From: Macrostomum lignano
Lineage: Eukaryota
NCBI GenBank assembly: GCA_002269645.1
Contig: NIVC01000765.1
Span: forward strand, 63,331-127,330
Length of the DNA stretch: 64,000 nucleotides
Direction of reading: 5' to 3'
Below are positions 59,501 to 64,000 of this stretch, in pieces. Numbering within the stretch: position 1 is the stretch's first letter; each line of letters begins with the position of its first letter. The notes under the pieces are model-generated. The model was not told the DNA's origin. It worked only from the letters and a program-made list of their open reading frames with translations, and searched no databases. Position numbers and translations under genes: made by a program.

Positions 59501-62500
59501 AACTTGCAGTCGGGCTGAAATTTGCAAATTAAAAAACCAAAATCCTTATTACCAGTAGTTTATGTAGCAAATTTAGATAATTTTCAATATTTAACGTATA
59601 TTCCTTTTATCTCTACTATAAGTAGAATAGTTAATAAAAGTTTATTTTTTTACTTGTAAATTTAGTTCTTTCTACTGTCAGTAAAGTATCGAGAAAATGC
59701 TAAGTGTTTTCGATAACAATTTTTCTCTAAAAGGCCTCGTCTTCCATACAACACTTTGTCATTGCCATCTGCCCTGAAAAGGGCCGTTTTCTTTCATTTC
59801 GACCAAACAAACAAAACAAACTCACGGGTTTCAGAGACAAATAGCAACTCCCGTCGCGAATAGCGTCCCAAAAAATTGTCATTTTCGGCTGCCACACTGA
59901 ACTCGCATTGCGCATTGACTGACAGGCCGCCGATGAGCTGGTGCTCATAGTGAGACACCGGCCCGCCAGCTGGAAGGGGGTGATCAATCTCCGAGGCGGT
60001 TTTATCCGAGCAGGTGTACTTTATTTTGTAGCCTTTCAGGCGGCCGTTTGGCGCCTCAGTCTGGCGCCAGGCCAGCACAGCGTGGGTGGCGTTCACGCCG
60101 TAGGCGCGCACGTCGAGAGGCGGATCCGGCGGAGCGGACTGGGTGCGACAGAAAATCCTGCTGGTTGGCGCTGACCGTCCTTTGCTGTTGGCTACCGTGA
60201 CAGTGAATGAATAGTTGGTGTACATCTGCAGGCCGCTGACGAGGTGCTCGGAGCCTTCCGATGTCTCTTCTTTGGCGAGGGTTTCGTCTGTGTGAGAGAC
60301 AGCGTTGCTTGTGATTAGATTGTGATTAGTTCTTCATTAGATTGTCATTAGATTGTCATTAACTTGTCATTGGCTTGTCATTAGATTGTGATTAATTTGT
60401 CATTAGATTTTTATTAGATTGTCATTAGCTTGTCATTAGTTTATGATTAGCTTGTCATTAGCTTGTCATTAGATTGTCATTAGATTGTCATTGGCTTGTC
60501 ATTAGATTGTCATTAGCTTGTCATTAGATTGTCATTGGCTTGTCATTAGATTGTCATTAGATTGTCATTAGATTGTGATTAGTTTGTCATTAGATTTTTA
60601 TTGGATTGTCATTAGCTTGTCATTAGTTTATGATTAGCTAATGATTAGCTTGTCATTAGATTGTCATTAGATTTCTGTTAGATTGTCATTAGCTTGTCAT
60701 TAGATTGTCATTAGATTGTCATTGGCTTGTCATTAGATTGTCATTAGCTTGTCATTAGATTGTCATTGGCTTGTCATTGGCTTGTCATTAGATTGTCATT
60801 AGATTGTGATTAGTTTGTCATTAGATTTTTATTAGATTGTCATTAGCTTGTCATCAGTTTATGATTAGCTTGCCATTAGATTGTCATTAATTTTTTTTAG
60901 ATTGTCATTAGTATATCAGGTACACTCCCTGCGTGTCTTGGGGGCTGGCCCTCGTGAGCGGTCACGTACCAGACACGGAATCGAACCTGGGACCACTTTG
61001 ACACGTCTACTACTGAGCTGCACTGCTCCCCATATGGGAGAATTAGGCTGTAAGAAAAGCAGGTACTCACTCTGCTCAATGGCGTCCTGAGCTGGCATGT
61101 ACTGAATCTGATAGTCCTTAGCGATGCCGTTCACGCTGCTGGGGTCCGGGGCTCGCCACGACACCAAAATCTGCGAATTGGACTTCGCTTCGCATCTCGG
61201 ACTTGCCGGCGGCGATCTGGGAGCTGAAATTTGAAATTCATTTTGCATATATATACTCGTACATGTCGATTTACCCGCTGCAGCGGTGGGATCTGCTCGT
61301 ACATGTATGTCTAGGAATTTAGGGGGATTCCTAAGGGGAATTGGGGGATAATCTTAAGGGGAATTTAGGGCGATTCTTAAGGGGAATTCGGGGAGATTCT
61401 TAGGGGAATTACGGGGGGAGAACCTTAAAGTGAATTGGGAGAGATTCTTAAGAGGAATTGGGTACATTCTTTAGGGAATTAGGAGAGATTCTTAGGGGGA
61501 ATTGGGGAAGATTCTTAAGGGGGATTGGGGGAGATGTTTAGGGGAAGTTAGGGCGATTCTTAAAGGGAATTAGGAGAGATTCTTATGGGGAATTGGGGAA
61601 GATTCTTAAAGGGAATTAGGAGAGATTCTTATGGGGAATTGGGGAAGATTCTTAAAGTGAATTGGGAGAGATTCTTATGGGGAATTGGGGAAGATTCTTA
61701 AAGGGAATTAGGAGAGATTCTTATGGGGAATTGGGGAAGATTCTTAAAGTGAATTGAGAGAGATTCTTATGGGGAATTGGAGAAGATTCTTAAAGGGAAT
61801 TAGGAGAGATTCTTATGGGGAATTGGGGAAGATTCTTAAAGTGAATTGGGAGAGATTCTTAAGAGGAATTGGGTACATTCTTTAGGGAATTAGGAGAGAT
61901 TCTTAGGGGGAATTGGGGAAGATTCTTAAGGGGAATTGGGGGAGATGTTTAGGGGAAGTTAGGGCGATTCTTAAGGGGAATTCGGGGAGATTCTTAGGGG
62001 AATTGGGGGAGAATCTTAAGATTGGGGAATTAGAGATTCTTAAGGGAATTGGGGAGATTCTTAAGGGGAATTAGAAGATATTCTTAAGGGGAATTGGGAG
62101 ATTCTTAAGGGGAATTGGGAGAGATTCTTAAGGGGAATTAGGAGAGATTCTTAAGGGGAATTGGGAGAGATTCTTTAGGGAATTGAGAGAGATTCTTCAG
62201 GGGAATTAGGGAAACATTTTAAGAGGAATCGAAGGAGAATCTTACGCTCGAAGGGGAATTGGGGGAGAATATTAAGGGAAATCTTGAGCAGACATTTAGT
62301 AGGTAGGCCGCGGAGCAACTGCCGCTAAGAGTCCCCATAGATCAGGGGCTTACTGGACTCCAGTGTGCGCACTCGAACACAGTTTGGTGGACCGGCGCCA
62401 ACCGCGTTGAGCGGCGTCAGCCGAACCTGGTACTCGTGAACGCTTTCAACGGGTTGTGCTCGCTAAAGCAGATCGCCGGGCCGAGTGAGCCGGCGGCGCC

Positions 62501-63372
62501 TCCGCCAGGTCTGCTGTCGCTGCGCGGCCCGATGAAGGCCGCGGTGCCGGGGCAGCGGAACTGCACCTGCGGCAGGTGCGGAAGATGCAGAGGCTGAGAG
62601 GACTCAGAGAAGCATAGGAAAAATGTCAATACTGTTTTATTGACGCCAAGGTTCGAGCTTTTGAAGTCTATAGGTTATATGAAGTCTCTAGATTATAAAG
62701 TCTCTAGATCATGCAGTCTCTAGATTATACAGTGTCTCTAGATCATGCAGTCTCTAGATTATACAGTGTCTCTAGATCATGCAGTCTCTAGATTATACAG
62801 TGTCTCTAGATCATGCAGTCTCTAGATTATACAGTGTCTCTAGATCATGCAGTCTCTAGATTATACAGTGTCTCTAGATCATGCAGTCTCTAGAGTCTAG
62901 ACCAAGATCACCTCCCTACCTTGGCATCGCTGCCAGCGAGCTCGCAGTCGTTAGCGCCAGCCGTTGCAGACACGGGCCAGACAGTCACCGAATAGTTGGT
63001 CATTCGTCCGTTTCGTTTCAGCAGCTCCGGAGGTTGCCAGGTCAAACGCAGCGCCGACGCGCCCTCGGCGATAACAGTGAGGTCCTGCACGGGGCCGGAG
63101 GGCGCCCGCTCCTTGGTGACCACCCGGCAGCTGGCCTCGGGTCCCGGGCCGACACTGTTCACCGCCGTTATGTTGAAGATGTACTCCGTCCCCGGCTGCA
63201 GCCCCTTGAAGGTGTAGCTCTTCTGGTCCACAGACAGATTCTGTACGGCTAGCCGACCGGTGGGTTCCAGGTAGGCGATGGCGTAGCGAACAATCTCCTT
63301 GTGCCCATTGCTGGCCGGTGCCTCCCACTGCAGCGTGGCTGAGTTCTGGTCGTGATCCGTTGTAACGAAATT
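54294..63372 (-). CDS. Dscam: Dscam-family Ig/FN3 cell-adhesion receptor, 3' portion (5' exons beyond window)
   Basis: Exons (minus) 63372-62920, 62566-62354, 61223-61071, 60287-59826, 59514-59391, 59299-59151, 58808-58258, 58098-57632, ~57165-56519, 55626-55089, 54420-54294. Domain order 4xFN3-Ig-2xFN3-TM equals DSCAM. The tail has AYATF, SSNHEELVDAY and GIRNFTNLPPNP, resembling vertebrate DSCAM YEELARAY / GICRFTASPPKP, and ends VTFV*. The model needs one 1-bp correction near 62435. Confidence 0.88.
54460..55070. repeat. Diverged ~60-65-bp repeat (core GCCGATATGTATCGAAAGT) in the last Dscam intron
   Basis: The core word recurs about 9 times. Confidence 0.75.
55673..56504. repeat. (GACA)n microsatellite with GATAAG interruptions, Dscam intron
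   Basis: Direct inspection. Confidence 0.97.
57225..57600. repeat. 20-bp minisatellite (GGGTTGGAAGGGTTYGTGAA), Dscam intron
   Basis: Direct inspection. Confidence 0.9.
60310..60910. repeat. 11-bp minisatellite (TTGTCATTAGA), Dscam intron
   Basis: Direct inspection. Confidence 0.92.
60915..61030 (-). mobile_element. tRNA-like SINE fragment in a Dscam intron
   Basis: Minus strand AGCTCAGTAGTAG (A-box-like) and GGTTCGATTCC (B box). No full cloverleaf seen. Confidence 0.4.
61310..62280. repeat. ~22-23-bp minisatellite (GGGGAATTGGGGAGATTCTTAA), Dscam intron
   Basis: Direct inspection. Confidence 0.92.
62690..62895. repeat. 34-bp minisatellite (TCTCTAGATCATGCAGTCTCTAGATTATACAGTG), Dscam intron
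   Basis: About 5 near-perfect copies. Confidence 0.92.
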
Positions 63373-63454
63373 CTGGAATTGTTCCAAATCGAAGTGTTTT
63401 TGGAGCTCAATCTCGATTATCGTTCGGAAAATCCCAGTTACTCCAATGGGATAA

Positions 63455-64000
63455 ATAGGGGAAAATTGGGATCACGACTATAATTGGGAAAATCCCCATT
63501 GCCTTAGTAGGTTAATAGGGGAAAATTGGGATCACGGCGATAATTGGGGAAATCCCCATTGCCTCAGTAGATTAATAGGGGAAGATGGGGATCAGGACGA
63601 TGATTGGGGAAATCCCCCATTGCCTCAGTAGGTCAATAGGGGAAGATAGGGATCACGACTATAATTGGGGAAATCCCCATTGCCTCAGTAGGTCAATAGG
63701 GGAAGATAGGGATCACGACTATAATTGGGGAAATCCCCATTGCCTTAGTAGGTTAATAGGGGAAGATAGGGATCACGACTATAATTGGGGAAATCCCCAT
63801 TGCCTCAGTAGGTCAATAGGGAAGATAGGGATCATGACTATAATTGGGGAAATCCCCATTGCCTTAGTAGGTTAATAGGGAAGATAGGGATCACGACTAT
63901 AATTGGGGAAATCCCCATTGCCTCAGTAGATTAATAGGGGAAGATAGGGATCAGGACGATGATTGGGGAAATCCCTCATTGCCTCAGTAGATTAATAGGG
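63455..64000. repeat. ~59-60-bp minisatellite containing GGGGAAATCCCC, Dscam intron
   Basis: About 9 copies, running off the window end. Confidence 0.92.

Noticed and set aside
54294-63372. Arthropod-style mutually exclusive Dscam exon clusters
   Set aside because: Only one TM exon and no duplicated exons are visible; the variable Ig exons would lie outside the window.

Overview
Eukaryotic (animal) genomic DNA with GT-AG introns, GC-rich polyQ/polyA exons and a different minisatellite filling almost every intron and intergenic gap. This style is consistent with a free-living flatworm such as Macrostomum (inference only). Spliced models were built by hand with consistent splice phases. On the + strand: (1) an ACK1/TNK2-type tyrosine kinase (SAM-kinase-SH3-CRIB-UBA, 5' end outside the window); (2) the N-terminal methyltransferase NTMT1; (3) a 200-aa single-domain, prokaryote-style phytochelatin-synthase-like protein with one intron; (4) an intronless stomatin/mec-2-like gene; (5) two near-identical secreted fibrinogen-related genes. 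On the - strand: (6) the 3' half of a Dscam-type receptor (4xFN3-Ig-2xFN3-TM-tail). Mobile DNA: two related RT+RNase H LINEs, two related solo LTRs with 4-bp TSDs, two tRNA/CORE-type SINEs, a young THAP-encoding P-superfamily element nested in an older relative's TIR, a foldback element, a MITE and a Penelope-like remnant. Most long ORFs in the supplied track are tandem-repeat artefacts. Best leads: the PCS-like gene (HGT candidate, with Lys at the oxyanion Gln position and an LTR-derived motif cluster in its intron), the frame-compensated FReD duplicate, and the nested P elements with a spliced THAP-only ORF.
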